From NCBI RefSeq assembly GCF_016433145.1, contig NC_058130.1, forward strand, positions 39,031,581 to 39,095,580: DNA of 64,000 nt, given 5' to 3'. Positions within the stretch are counted from its first letter, which is position 1. Every line of letters starts with the position of its first letter. Made by a program: the position numbers and the translations under genes. Below the pieces are notes generated by a model. The model was not told the DNA's origin. It did not search any database and was given only the letters and a program-made list of their open reading frames with translations. The DNA is from Gracilinanus agilis (lineage: Eukaryota). Positions 22,355 to 35,081 of the stretch are shown here, piece after piece.

Positions 22355-25300
22355 CATTGTTGTCCTTTGTACTTGAAGCCAACCAAAAGGACATCACAAT
22401 ATTGGGGTTGATGTGCATACGGTATGTCTGATTGTGGCTGATCAGACCAGTAGGGCTTGGAAGGTTCTACCACAGGTCAGGCACGAATAGTCTGAATGAA
22501 CATCTGGGGTGGAGATGTCTCTAAATTTGCACATCTCACCTTTCTTTTGAACTACTAAAATTCTTCTTTGGTCAAAGAGCACAGTACCCTCTTTGATGTG
22601 GGCATGCCATGCTGGACATATGCCAGTGTCTCCCATGTCTCACAGTCAATACCAAAGTTCTGCAGAGAGTTCTGAGAGGGTCTTTTGTGTGAGCTCTTGC
22701 CTAGTGTGAATTCTCAAGAAAATAGTCTTTTAGGCAAATGTATGCTAGCATTTCGATCATGTGGTTAGCTCATTGGAGTTGGGCTCTCTGCAGTAGAAAT
22801 GCCCGGTAGTTCAGCTTGAGAAAGGTCCTCAGAGTCCAGTACCCTATCTTGCCAAGTGATCTTTAGAACCTTTGCAAGACAATTCAAATAGAAGTAATTC
22901 AATTTTATGACATGGCATTGGTAGACTGTCTAGGGTTCATAGGCATACATGGCTCTGTAGACCTTTAGTTTTTTAGGCAGTCCAATCCCTCTTCTTTCTC
23001 ATAATTTCCTTCAGATCCTCCCCAACATCTGTAGTTCTGGCAATGTATGCACCATCTCTGTGTATATCCCTGGAAAGTATATTGCCAAGGTGGGTGAAAA
23101 TATCCACAGTATTCAAAATTTCTCCATTTGCTATAATCAATGGTTCCACATATAGATGGTGTGAGGCTGGCTGGTGGAGAATCTCTGTTTCCTTGGTGTT
23201 AAATGTGAGGCCAAAATTAGCACCAGCAGCAGAGAATCAATTCATATTCTATTGCATCTCAGCCTCAGAGGCTGCAGTGAGCACACGATTGTTGGCAAAC
23301 AGAAAATTGGGCACCAATTCTTCCACCTTAGTTTTGGCTTGCATCCTTTTCAAATTAATTTATTGTCATGGTGGTAGCTAACCTTGATGTCATTTTCATT
23401 CTCTTTGGAGGTGTCTGACAACATCACTGAAAGGATCATGCAGAAAAGCATGGGAGCAAACATGCGACCCTGCTTCATTCCACTGGTGAGTGGGAAAAAG
23501 AGAGAGAACATCACCCATTGTCTAGATCTTGTAAGAGCAGGAATTCATGAAGCTGGTGAACTTCTGATGAACTTCTCCAGGCAAGCAAATTTTGTCATTA
23601 TTTTCCACAAGCCCTCCTGATTGACAGTATCAAAGACCTTGGCCAGATCAATGAATGTTATGCAAAAATCTCTGTTATGCTCCTGGTGTTTTGCCTGGAG
23701 TTGTCAGGCACCAAACATCAATCCTTTCTGAAGCCATGGTGGCTCTTGGGCAGATGACTATCTTCCAGGTGAAGGATCAGATTATTAAGGATAATTCTGG
23801 CAAGAATTTTGTCAGCAATGACTGAAAGAGACCTCCCTGTGATTGTTATAGGACAACCTATTGACTTTTCCTTTATGGAGATGGACATCCTTGATAACCT
23901 GGGAGATAATCTCCTCTCGCCATATAACCTGGAAGATTTCAGTCAGCTTTTGTTTGAGCAGTGGACCCTCTGCTTTGTAAATCTCTGCTGGAGTGGAATC
24001 ACCACCAGGAGCTTTGCCACATGAGTGAAGCTTATTGGTACTGGAAACCTCTTCAATTGGAAGTTTGGATAGAGCAGTTTTGGAAGTTTGGATAGAGCAG
24101 TATTGACTTCAACTTGAGGTATTTGGTCAATGGCTTCAGCATTGGTTGATGACAGTCTGTTGAGAGTACTATGCAAGTGGTCAGCCCAACCCTCTAAGAT
24201 CATGTCCTTATCAGGTTATGGAGCCTAATCATGGCTCCATCAATACTGAGTAGTTGAGATGCTCCAGAGGTCTTTGGTCCATGAGTAAACTTCAGGACAT
24301 TGTAAGCACTTTGGATTGTTACTATCAGTGTTAAGCTGAATTTCATTTGCCTTCTTACTTTTTTAAATTTTATTCATTTAATTAGTTTATCACTGCCATT
24401 CATTGCCTTCTTACTTCTTACCTGCATCTCTCTAGGCTTTGCATTTTACTTTTAATGGAGTTAAATGCTGATGAACTATCCTGCTGGTAAACCCTGTGGA
24501 GACCTTGTTTTTCATTTAGTAGCTTATGGATTTCCCTATCATCAATCCTGATGTTTGTGAGTATTCTGGACCAGAGGAGTGAATGTAGCACTGTATAGCA
24601 AATCTCTGAAAGCTACCCACTTCTTTTCTGCTCCTCTGTTGCCAACTGTGTGGGGTCAGCTTGCCCGCCTAGTCTACAACAAACTGTTCATGCAGAGAAG
24701 TGCTCTCTGTTGATGCTGAGTCTTTTGAGAATCCTTTTGCCTTTGGGCCACTGCTTATGTTGCCTGCAAATGTTTAGCCTGGAGAAGATAAATCTGTGAT
24801 CCATCCAGCACCCTGCACCACACATTTTCTTAGTCACTCTTACATCCTAGCTTTCTCTTCTCTGTAAAATCACATAATCCATTAAATGCCAATGTTTACT
24901 GCAAGGGTTCATCCATGAAGTTTTATTGTATTTAGGTAAATGAAAGAGAGTGTTGGTGATGAGAAGGTCATGAGATGTACAACTCTTTAGTAGTAATTAA
25001 CCATTGCCCTTGCTGCTTCCAACTTCATCCCTCCCAAGGACTCTCTGCATGTCTGTGTGTCTGTACCTATCCTGGCATTATAGTCACCCAGAATTGCTAA
25101 TTTGTCCCCTTTTGGCATAATGATGATGAAGGTCTCTAGGCTTTATAAAATTTTTCTTTGACCTCATCAAGGTTTGCCATGGTGGGAGCAACTCACTATG
25201 GTACTTTCCAGCAAGTGGCAATTACATTGTCACGAGCCTGTTGTTTACTCTCTTGGGGAGGCATACAAGTTTGTTGAATAGATTAGATTTGATTGTGAAA

Positions 25301-26490
25301 TGCACACAATTCCATCATACTCCTTATCATGGAGGCCACTATAGAAAATGTATATCTAGTTCTACCTTCAGTAAGCTGCCCTTCATTTGCCAGCCTTGCT
25401 TCACTTAGGGCTGCTATTTGGATGTGATAACCTGCTGAATTTTCTGATGATGAGAACTATCTGTCCTTTGATCCTACTGGATTTCATGTTGACATATTCC
25501 AAGTATTAATGGTGAGTAGAATCATCTTGAAAAAATTTGTGTACATTTCTCCTTTTGCCACACAAAATAGAACTTGACAAACCTTTTTATCAGGTAGAAG
25601 GAGAAGTTGTTCTCCTAAAACAATGACTGAGATGTTGGGGAATGAGGGAAACATTAACCATTTCAAATAATAACTTGGGGCTCATGTGTGTGCCAAAGAA
25701 TTTTTTTTGAGTTGTGCTCAATTGAGCTGAGCAGTGTGGTCCAGAACAAGATCACTCAGATACATAGGAGGCTGCCAAATCCCACGACTGTCAGTCCAGT
25801 GAAAAGATGACCCTGTGCCCTGGGCTTCCTGTGTATAGAGTTGTGACTGCAGCTCCCACTGTGTCTATGCCTGCTGCTTTGCCATTAGCTCATCACCACA
25901 GGACTTCAAGGTATGTAAAAAAATAAAATAACAACAATAAAATAACTGAAGAGTAAAACAACGAAAAAGTAAAATGCAAAAATGTTGTGGGTGATGTGAC
26001 TTTTGGCTTGCACTAAATTGGAATCAGGTGAGGCAGAATTGTATTAAATTGTCAGCCTCACTTTGTCTTCCAGAGTCATCGAAGTCCAGTGGCAATATAA
26101 AAGTCATAAAGACTGGCCATGGCTTAAGAAGTGGATGACCTTGGTGTCTCCAATATCTAACCAAGCTTTAAGTGCTCCAATGCACCTATTTCAGCTATTT
26201 TCATGGCCTCTGATATAAATTGTTCTCAGTCACCCATTCCTTTGCAGGTACTTGGGGTGGACATTTCCCTAATTCATCAATGGATCTGAGGTCTGTTGGT
26301 TACTCTCAACCTGGTTTAGCCCATCTGCTCTGATTGTTTTATCAGGATATGACCACTGTGCAGCTACAACTTCTTGCAGCCACAAATGAGAGTTGGGTGA
26401 AAGGTGGGCACCAAAGGTGGATGAGCAGGTTGAGGACTCAGTAAGCCTCATATCAGAGGTGCTATTCCTCTCTTAACACCCCATATATCC
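22355..26490 (-). mobile_element. near-full-length decayed RTE-clade LINE (RTE1_Mars-like), about 4.1 kb
   Basis: Minus-strand relics: APE start LTINTWNMST (~25490), RT TFIDLAKVFDTVNQEGLWKIMTKFACLEKF (~23570-23670), GMKQGRMFAPMLF (~23450), C-terminal CxxC finger, and 3' tail aaggacaacaa. Confidence 0.9.
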
Positions 26491-26949
26491 TAATAGTAAG
26501 GCAAAAACCCAGACCTTTTCAGTTCAAAACTAGCACTATTTCAAGACATGCACTCCAGAGGTATTTCTGAATGTCATGAAGGATATCCAGAGAGGTATCC
26601 AGTTTGGAGGTGAATTAGATCATTTCTTTAAATGCATATAGAAGTCCTTTAGATGCTTTTGTTTGCTAGTGACATTTTGCTGATTAAATCAAACCTGAGA
26701 ACAAGCATTTTCCTCAATTAAATTTATAATTACTCAGAAAAATTTTAACTATCTATACTAGAAAAACACAGTGGATAAAAAATGTTTGCTTTCAAGACTA
26801 GGATACACATGGATAGAGAACCTGGAGAATGGCTGAGCAGTAAAAGTAGTTTGAGAGACACTGATAATGAATGATGAATTGGATTCAGAATTGCTTAAGA
26901 TAGTAGTGGGTTGGATTATGTTGGAAAGATTGCAAAGTCGTTTTAATAA

Positions 26950-27110
26950 GAATGACCTTCTCTTTGAAATAAAAATTCTGGAGATGCAAAGAAAGGAAAA
27001 AGACAACCCCTGCTTTCTAGTAGTTCATAGTCTAATGGAGGAGACAACATGCAAATGACTATGTACAAATGAGATTTTATAGGATAAATTGGAGATAATT
27101 TCAGGGGAAA
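26950..27110 (-). mobile_element. L2 fragment
   Basis: cccctgctttctagtagttcatagtctaatggaggagacaacatgcaaa. Confidence 0.7.
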
Positions 27111-27702
27111 GAACCACATTCTTTTTCACTCACACATTTTTTTGACAACATCCTTTACTCTGTATCACCTTCATAATTCTTTATTTATAATGCCTTGCTC
27201 ACAAGGGCACCATGTACCTCTCCATTGCCCTTTGGGTAATTTTCACTTTCATTTCTTCAGAGACTAGAGTATTCTGTGACTTACTGTGCAACACCACCAG
27301 ATTAATGGTATGAAAAAGGTGGACCTCTGCTTCAGGCAGGGAGAAGCTTAGGGTCATTAAAAGAAACAAAGCAATCCTACTTCCTCTTTTTCTTATGCTC
27401 AATTCTAAGCCCAAATTAACTCGCTGTTCATTTGCACCATCTGGCTAAGATATGTATATCCTATTGGACAAGTCTGATAGATATTCATCCAACTACATCT
27501 CATCATCTGGGCAGCAGGCACTCTTTCTGCACTTGATTTTTCCTGAGTGGAAAGGCCAATTCTTTAGTGTAATTACAGATCTCATTTGAGAGACATTGCA
27601 ATTTTCGAGGGTTCTAGAGTAGTAGCAACATCCGCTACTAATAAGGAGACTGAAGAGTCCTTTCCTTTGCCATTTAATTTTTTTTCGAAAGACAATTAAA
27701 TA

Positions 27703-27905
27703 GAGGTAGCTAGGTGACTTGGTGTATCAAGAGCCAGACCTAGAGACGGGAGGTTCTGGGTTCAAATTTGGCCTCAGACACTTCCTATCTGGGTGACCCT
27801 GGACAAGTCACTTAACCCCCAATGTCTCACCCTTACCACTCTTCTGCCTTGGAACCAATATACAGTATTGATTCTAAAAAGGAAGATGAGGATTTTTTTT
27901 TTAAA
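27703..27905 (+). mobile_element. SINE1_Mdo-type SINE (older copy)
   Basis: gagccagacctagagacgggaggttctgggttcaaat...ccttaccactcttctgccttggaaccaata. Confidence 0.9.
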
Positions 27906-28803
27906 CAAGTGAATTATCCTTGAGACCAAATGTTCACAGGGGATTTAAGGTGTGAACCATAAACATCATGGATGTAAAACACATAGTTGCTGCCACTCTG
28001 GCTTGACAAATGCCCCACCATCTTGCATCTCCATCACCTTTCTGATTGGGAGGACACCCCTATAGCAAATGTGGAGGGGAGGGGGAGAGAGGCTCTGCCT
28101 TCTCAAAGCAAGACTGTATCTCTGCTGAATATCCTCTCCATGTTATTGTTGTATTACTGTATCATGTCTTTTCTAAAACATTGTTTAGTCTAAGGTATGT
28201 CTCATTTGATTCTAGTCTTGAGCTGAACCAATAGACTAGCCTGAGTCAATCCTGGCCCCGAACACAGGCTGCAATCAGCACAACATCTGCAAATGGGAAC
28301 ATCTGGACCAAATCTTCCTCTCTAGGGAATCCATCCCCTCTTCAAGACAGACTCTGTGCAGCATCTCTTCCATGACTGCATCATAAACCTTTAGTGAGCA
28401 TGTGTTTCTCTGTTTTAAACCTTGTTTGCTATCAGTGATCAGAGGGGTCATGGATAAGGTTACCTCTGTTGTTACTTTTTGAGAAATCTTGAATAATTTC
28501 CCCCAATACATAGGAAACTCCTTATTGAATGAGAGCATGGGAGGCAGCATTTTCCTCTGCTGAACCAAATCCCTTTTCACAGACAGTAAACAATAGGATC
28601 TCATATTCCCTCTATCTTTCCATCAATTGGGTGATGATAAAGATGAAGTTTACTATAGGATATTGTCCATGAAAGCCCGACTGCTGCATTCTAATGCTCT
28701 CATCATCTGTACCCTTGCTACATTGGTAGATTATTATCATGAAAATTCATATGGGCAGGAAAGTAGACAAATGGATTAGTAGTTATTTTTTCAGCTTCCT
28801 TTG

Positions 28804-29022
28804 AGGGCAGCTAGTGGTGCAGTGGATAGAGTGCTGGACCTGGAATTAGGAAGATCTGAATTCAAATATGACTTAATACACGGGCAAGTCACTTAACTCT
28901 GTTTGCCTCAGTTTCCTCATCAGTCAAATGAGTTGGAAAGGAAATGGCAGACCACTCCAGTATTTTTGCCAAGAAAACTCCAGATGGGGTCATAAAGAGT
29001 TGGACATGCCTGAACAACAACA
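28804..29022 (+). mobile_element. MAR1 SINE
   Basis: gggcagctagtggtgcagtggatagag...ccactccagtatttttgccaagaaaac...tgaacaacaacag. Confidence 0.9.
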
Positions 29023-29189
29023 GCCAGCTTTTAGATAATGCTTGAAAGTTTGTAAATTTATTTACAAATATTTTCTAATTTATTCATTGTAACAATCTTT
29101 TGAGGTAGGTATTATTATTCTTATTTTACAGATGAGGAAACTGACTTGCCATTTGCTAAAATACAAATATTGTATTGTATTGTATTTAA

Positions 29190-29360
29190 TGTTTTCATTT
29201 TTTACAAAGATGTATTTTATCAATTACAAGTAATAACAACTTTCTACACAAGTTTTCTGAAGTTATATGATCCAAATTGTCTCCCACCCTCGTTTCCCCA
29301 CAACTTCCAGAGATGAGAAGCAATTTGATCTGGGTTACTATCATGTAAAACACAAATATT
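29190..29360 (-). mobile_element. short L1 3' tail
   Basis: ttttctgaagttatatgatccaaattgtctccc...gcaatttgatctgggtta. Confidence 0.7.
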
Positions 29361-30984
29361 ATTTTTGGGAGAGCTAACATTTCCATCTATTTTCATCTTA
29401 CTTGGAAGAGAACTTGGAATCCAATGGGATTGCTGTGGCTTGGAAAATGTAGGTCTGATATTCAGCTCTATCTCAGGAACCCAGGAAATTGGATATTTGT
29501 TCTGACAGCAGAGATACACAGAAAGAAACCAGGTCAGAGGTAGAATAGACCAGAGCCAGTGGGGCAGTAGGTCAGCTCCAGAAAGAAGTGACTGCAATAT
29601 CCCCATCCCATTTCCATTTTGTAAGACTTGTTCTGGCCTTATGAACTCTGGATCTTAAAGGGATGTGCTTGGGTCAGGCCTCCTGAGTTTTGATAATATA
29701 ATTGTTATCTTAAGGGCACAGAAGTGAAAACGTATGGGAAAGGTATGTTTTGATAGAGATAGGAAATTGGGGTGATAAAGATCCAAAGTATGAGGCTTTG
29801 GTAAGAAAGATCCTGGGATTTATGGCATAGTGGCATATCTGTGGGTATCTGGAAAGAGATGCCAGTGCCAAGAAGAGGATCATAGGATTATTGACCTGAA
29901 GTGGGAAAGGAACTCAGAGGCCATCTAGTCCAATCCCCTCATTTTACAGATGAAAAAACAGGCCGAGGATATCACAAAAAGATCTGAGAGGCTGCCACAA
30001 ATTCACCATTAGTATTTTATAACAGACCCTAGGACTAGCCTTGCAAACGGGTATTTCTGAGAGACTCTGGGAATCTTTATTCATGAATTCAATCCATGGT
30101 ACCATGGGAGTCAAAGAATCAGTGTTTTTTGAGAGCGATTTCAGAAAGGGAAGGAAGTGATTAAATTTCCAAACAAGGGCTTTTCTATACAATTTCCCCC
30201 TAGCTGTGTAGATTGGAGATTCATGGAGGTTACATTCTCTTTTATTCTTTCTTTCTTCTCTCACCTTATGCCATGATTTTGCATCTGCTAATAAGTTCAA
30301 GCCTCTGTATTTGCAAAGAAGTTCCCATGAAAAGGAATCCAAGGGAAAGAAGGCTGGTGCCATTGTTAGACATGGATGATGGGCTGCTTGGACCATAGGT
30401 CTAATCCAGTGTGGTACTTGTGTTCTTACTATTTTTTGAAGTACAATTGACTTGGGTATATTCTCCTTCCTTTTCCCCTATGGTTCTTTCCTGTTGTCCT
30501 TCATCTCTCCATCCTGCCCCCTTGATCTTCCAAAGGGAAAAAAGTTGGCAATTAACAGCCTTGTTGGCAGATACACTCTGGAACACCTGTGAATCGGCTG
30601 TGCGTAGCTGTGTGTGGGCCTGGGTTCATCGCATCTGCAGAATACGACACCTGCCAGTTGTTCTCCTTAGAGTGGGTCAGGACAGGTGATGGATGAGGAG
30701 AAGGAGAGGTAAGGTGAGTTTGCAAAAAAAAAAAAACGAGGCTGGAAGCCTTCTCACTCGTGGTCCCTACAGGTCTGCTTCAGTTCTGGGGGCGGGAGGG
30801 CAGCTCTAAGTCAGGCTCAAAAATCCCACCCAAAGAATAGTGAAGGCGGCCAGTCAGGGCCCCATCCAGGAGGTTCTGGATCTCATCTATGTAACTATTC
30901 TCTCCAACAGTGCAGAATGCAAGTCCACCCATGCTGGATCACAGTAACGAATATCGACAAAGAGGTTATTATGAGTAACAACAT

Positions 30985-31180
30985 ATATAGCATTAGAAGG
31001 TTCTTTAAAGCACTGCCTGCTCAACAGATGTGAGAAGCAGATTCTTCTAATCTATAACACTGGCCCCATTTTACAGATGAGGAACTGAGGCATTCAGAGT
31101 TAAAGAGACTTGTTTGAACTCACCCAGCTTATAAGTGTGAGAGACAAAAACTGAACCTAGATCTCAGAATCCTACCATGC
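30985..31180 (-). mobile_element. MIR
   Basis: ccccattttacagatgaggaactgaggc...ctgaacctag. Confidence 0.75.
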
Positions 31181-31299
31181 CTTATTAGCCGTTAAGTTTG
31201 TCCCTGTTTGAGCAGTGAACAGTTTTAACTATCACGAAGGATGGTTCTTTTGGAACCCGGGAGACAAAACTGTATAGAATGTATCCTCCTGCACATTTA

Positions 31300-31560
31300 T
31301 GATAATAATAAATGATATTTAAGCTTTACAAAACATTACCTACACACAAATCTCTTTTGATTCTCACATCAACGTTTAGAGGCAATAGCTAGAACTATTA
31401 ATAGCAGTCCCATTTTACAGGCAAGGAAACTGAGGTGAATGGAGGCTGGGAGACTTGCTCAGGGTCACACAACTATACAATGTCTGGGATGGGATTCAAA
31501 TCCAGATTATCCTGAGCCCAAGTCTAGTATTTTGACTATTATGCTATGGTACGTCTTAGA
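31300..31560 (-). mobile_element. MIR
   Basis: cccattttacaggcaaggaaactgagg...gacttgctcagggtcacaca...gggattcaaatccag. Confidence 0.8.
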
Positions 31561-32459
31561 AAGAACATCTTGCAAAGTTTATTTTTCCTGAATTAAAAAA
31601 TAAAATCTCTCACCTTAAAAGAAAATAGTCTATTTTTTTGACTGTGACTTAAAACTTTAATTTAACAGGAGTATATGATGCCTCTGGTCGAGACATTGAA
31701 AACCCAAAGATTTCTATGAGGAAAGTGACTGTAAAAACTGACTAAAAATCAGAGATGGAATAGCTGGGAGCCCCAGTGATTTTTAAATGTTTCTTTTTCT
31801 TAAGAAAAAAATGGCTTCTTAGAAATTAATTTTTGATTCCCATTTTACTCAGTAAGTATTTTATTTTTCCTTTGTAATGTCCTAACTTGTCAAAAAGGTC
31901 TTTCTCTATGAGGTCAAGCCAGAGATGCTTTCTGCAAAGCCTCTTAACGGCCATTGACTGCTCAGCAAAATCGGGAGGGTTTGCTTAATGAGGGGTGAAG
32001 ACAATATGGACTTGGATCTGTGGACAGTTGCTTTTTCACAGTTGGTAGACTGTGTTGCAGGTGCATTTTCCTAATGAGGGTTAATTTGTCTCATATTTTA
32101 ATCTGACAGAATCTGGCAGCGTTTTGCGTTCCTTGGAGGTAACTCGAGGAGTTCTTGATTGGCATTGAAAGAGAAAGGGGAGTCAGTTTGGGGGGTGTTC
32201 AGATGATAAACTATCCAACTGGAATTCTCCAGAAAACATGACTTCTGCCCATGTCCTAGAATTTGATTCGCAGGCTGAAAAGCTGCAATGGGAATAATGA
32301 TGAGGAAATCAAGGTCATGCATGGGAAAATCAAAGATGTCGAGGTCTCTGAAAGGGTTCCATTTGGAATCGCTCAATAGAACGTGGCCTGAATCAGCAAA
32401 TGGATGCTATTGGCAGTCATGATGAGGAACGCTCACATCTGGGACAAATTCAATTGAGC

Positions 32460-32930
32460 GAGGAGATGGTGGTGAGGGGAGGGAGGTTGGCTAAGCTGTG
32501 GCTGCTTCTGTTGGTGGTTGAGGTAGATTGGAGACACAGGTCATGGGAGTTGAGTGGGTGAGATGCTGAAAACTAGGCAAGTAGGATATCTGAAGAGGGG
32601 AGGGATATTTTGAGATGATGAGTGGGAGCCTCATACAAAACTCACTGGGAAGAAGGTAGAGTAACTTAGAAGTCTTTCGATGACAGCATTAAGAGTTTGG
32701 ATGAGATGAAATTACTTTTAAAGGAGCCAAGGTGGTTGCTTAATTATGATGGCAGAGGGAGTATTTGAAAGTAGCAACGAAGAGCAAGGAATCTGCCCTC
32801 ACCTTCCCTTGGTCTTGGGTATTGAGGTGAGTCAAGGAGTGGTGAATTTTGGAGAGGGTGACAAATGGAAAGTAAGCTAGATTTCAGTGATCACCAGAAA
32901 ATGGGAGGAATGAAAGAGGAAGAGATCGGT
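32460..32930 (-). mobile_element. L2 internal (ORF2 endonuclease-side) fragment
   Basis: Purine-rich reverse L2 body (ggtcatgggagttgag...aaggtggttgc...ggagtggtgaattttggagaggg). Confidence 0.55.
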
Positions 32931-33824
32931 AAGTAAGGAATCATAAATTTAAAGGCAGAAGCATCACTCCCCATGCACAATTCCCAACCACATTCCTTAT
33001 TCTACAGATGAGAAAACTGAGGCAAGAGGGTTGAAGTGACTTATTCAAGATCACATAGGTAGTAAGTTCCATAAGGTTCTCAGAGGGATGAAGGAAGATT
33101 CTCTGAGTGCAGAGGAGAATGAGATGGAGGGCTAGCAATAAGCCTGCCATGGGAGGTGGGAAGGGATGGAGAGGGAAGATAGCTTGGCCAGTGCTGCTGC
33201 CTTTCCTGGGGCAGATCCTGGAAGCCCATGGGTTACCAAGCTGGATAGCTTGTTCAGGTATCAGGTGAGAGTTGACTAGTAGCTATCTGCTCTGGTGGAA
33301 AGGACACTTGAAGGTATGGTCCTCTAGGAGGCTCGCAGTCCAATATCAGTGAGACAGTTGATCAATTGGTTGTTTTGAGCTGGAAAGGAGGAGAATTCTT
33401 AGTTTAGGTTCTGATCTTGGGTATCTTTTACAACAAACTTCACATTTGGCTTGTTTGAGATGCAAACCACCCTGTATGTAATGACAAGCTCCTGCTTGCT
33501 CATGATGGTCAGGTTCTGCCCATCCTTACCTTAAGATGAGAAGGCTCTTGGATTTGGTCAAGAAAGGGAAATCTTGATATGGAAACTTCCTCCTCCAACA
33601 CGGATTTTGACCTGGTTTTGACTAATTAGGTATGGTCCAGGGCCTATTAATGTTACATAGTAAGTACATGGTAGAAGCAAGATTTGAACCCAGGTCATAC
33701 TGAATCCAAACTCAGAATTATATCCATTATGCAAATTGATTCTAATTAATAGTCTTCATCCTAAGTTTTAGCTGAATCCAAAGGAATGCATGTTTGTTTG
33801 TTTGCTTTTAACTATAAAATATAG

Positions 33825-34260
33825 AGATAGCTGGGTGGGATAGTAGATAGAATGTGGGACCTGGAGTCAGAAAGACCTGGGTTCAAATCCAGCCTCAGAC
33901 ACTTTCTTTCTTTTTTAAACCATTAATATCTATCTTAGTTAAATGGTTAAATGTTAACCTTAGTTAAAGGGTTAAGTGACTTGCCCAGGGTCACACAGCT
34001 AGGAAGTATCTGAGGTCATATTTGAATCCAGGTCCTCCCCACTCTAGACCTGGTTGTTGATCTACTATACTACCTAACTGCTCCTCCCATACTTTCTAAC
34101 CATTAGATAAAACATTAATTCTCATAAGCATCAGTTTCCTCATCTGTGAAATGGGAGTAGTAATTTCATTAATGTCAGAGGGTAAAGACAGAAATCAGAT
34201 AAAATGAGTTGAGATTTCTTTTAAAGCTTAAAGTACCATATAAATACTAGTTATTATTAT
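33825..34260 (+). mobile_element. MIR split by a nested opposite-strand SINE
   Basis: ggacctggagtcagaaagacctgggttcaaatccagcctcagacac ... resumes catcagtttcctcatctgtgaaatggg. Confidence 0.8.
33908..34088 (-). mobile_element. marsupial tRNA/CORE SINE nested in MIR
   Basis: gggttaagtgacttgcccagggtcacacagctaggaagtatctgagg; TSD-like acactttct (33899-33907) / atactttct (34089-34097). Confidence 0.8.
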
Positions 34261-34881
34261 CTTTATCATTAGTATATGTATTATTCTTTAGGGGCAAGGA
34301 AAATTTAGACCAAGGCTTTATCCTGAGTGGATTTGATCATGAACCTTACTTAAAAAACTCCCGTTTTCATTCTTTCCATTGGTACAGTGGGAAGAATGCT
34401 GAATTTGGAATCAGAGAAGCTAACCTTGAGGAAATCGAAGCTTCAAGGTTACACAGGTAATAGATAACCTTAGATAAAGAACTTTGTTCCTTTGGGTCTC
34501 AAGTTCCTGATCTTTAAAATGATAGGGTTGAACAAGATGATATCAAAGCTCTTTTCTGGATCTAAGTATACAATCTGATGAAGGCATGAAGAGTAGGTGT
34601 TAGATAAAGGGCCAATCTTCTTCACAGGCAAAGTAGGTGGTGATAGTTTCATGCCTAGACAAGCCCTTGCTCAAAAAATGTGTCTGACCCACTTGTTTTG
34701 GGGTGGGTAAAATTTTAGCATTAGAATTCCATTCAAAACGTTTATGGCTTTTAAGAAAGAAAACATCAGAAGTATAAGTATAAAATAAAGTTAAATTAAA
34801 ATAAAATAAATAATAAAAATATAAAAAAAATTAAAACTGAGATCTTAGTTGGTCAAATTCTTTCCTAAGCAGATTAAAAAA

Positions 34882-35081
34882 GTTTTTTTTTAAACCCTTA
34901 CTTTCTGCCTTGGATACTGTGTATTGATTCCAAGGCAGAAGAGTGGAAAGGGCTAGGCAGTGGGGGTTAAGTGACTTGCCCAGGGTCACACAGCTAGGAA
35001 GTGTCTAAGGTCAGATTAGAACCTAGGACCTCCCATCTTTAGGCCTGACTCTCAATCCACTGAGTTACCCAGCTGCCCCCT
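34882..35081 (-). mobile_element. SINE1_Mdo-type SINE with 11-bp TSD
   Basis: Full reverse SINE1; TSD ctaagcagatt at 34865-34875 and 35082-35092. Confidence 0.93.

Noticed and set aside
23043-24203. Cluster of ORFs on both strands
   Set aside because: They are fragments of, or antisense to, the frameshifted RTE reverse transcriptase.
25905-25985. A-rich stretch as a separate insertion in the RTE
   Set aside because: There is no TSD, and it is probably the T-rich part of the RTE 5' region.
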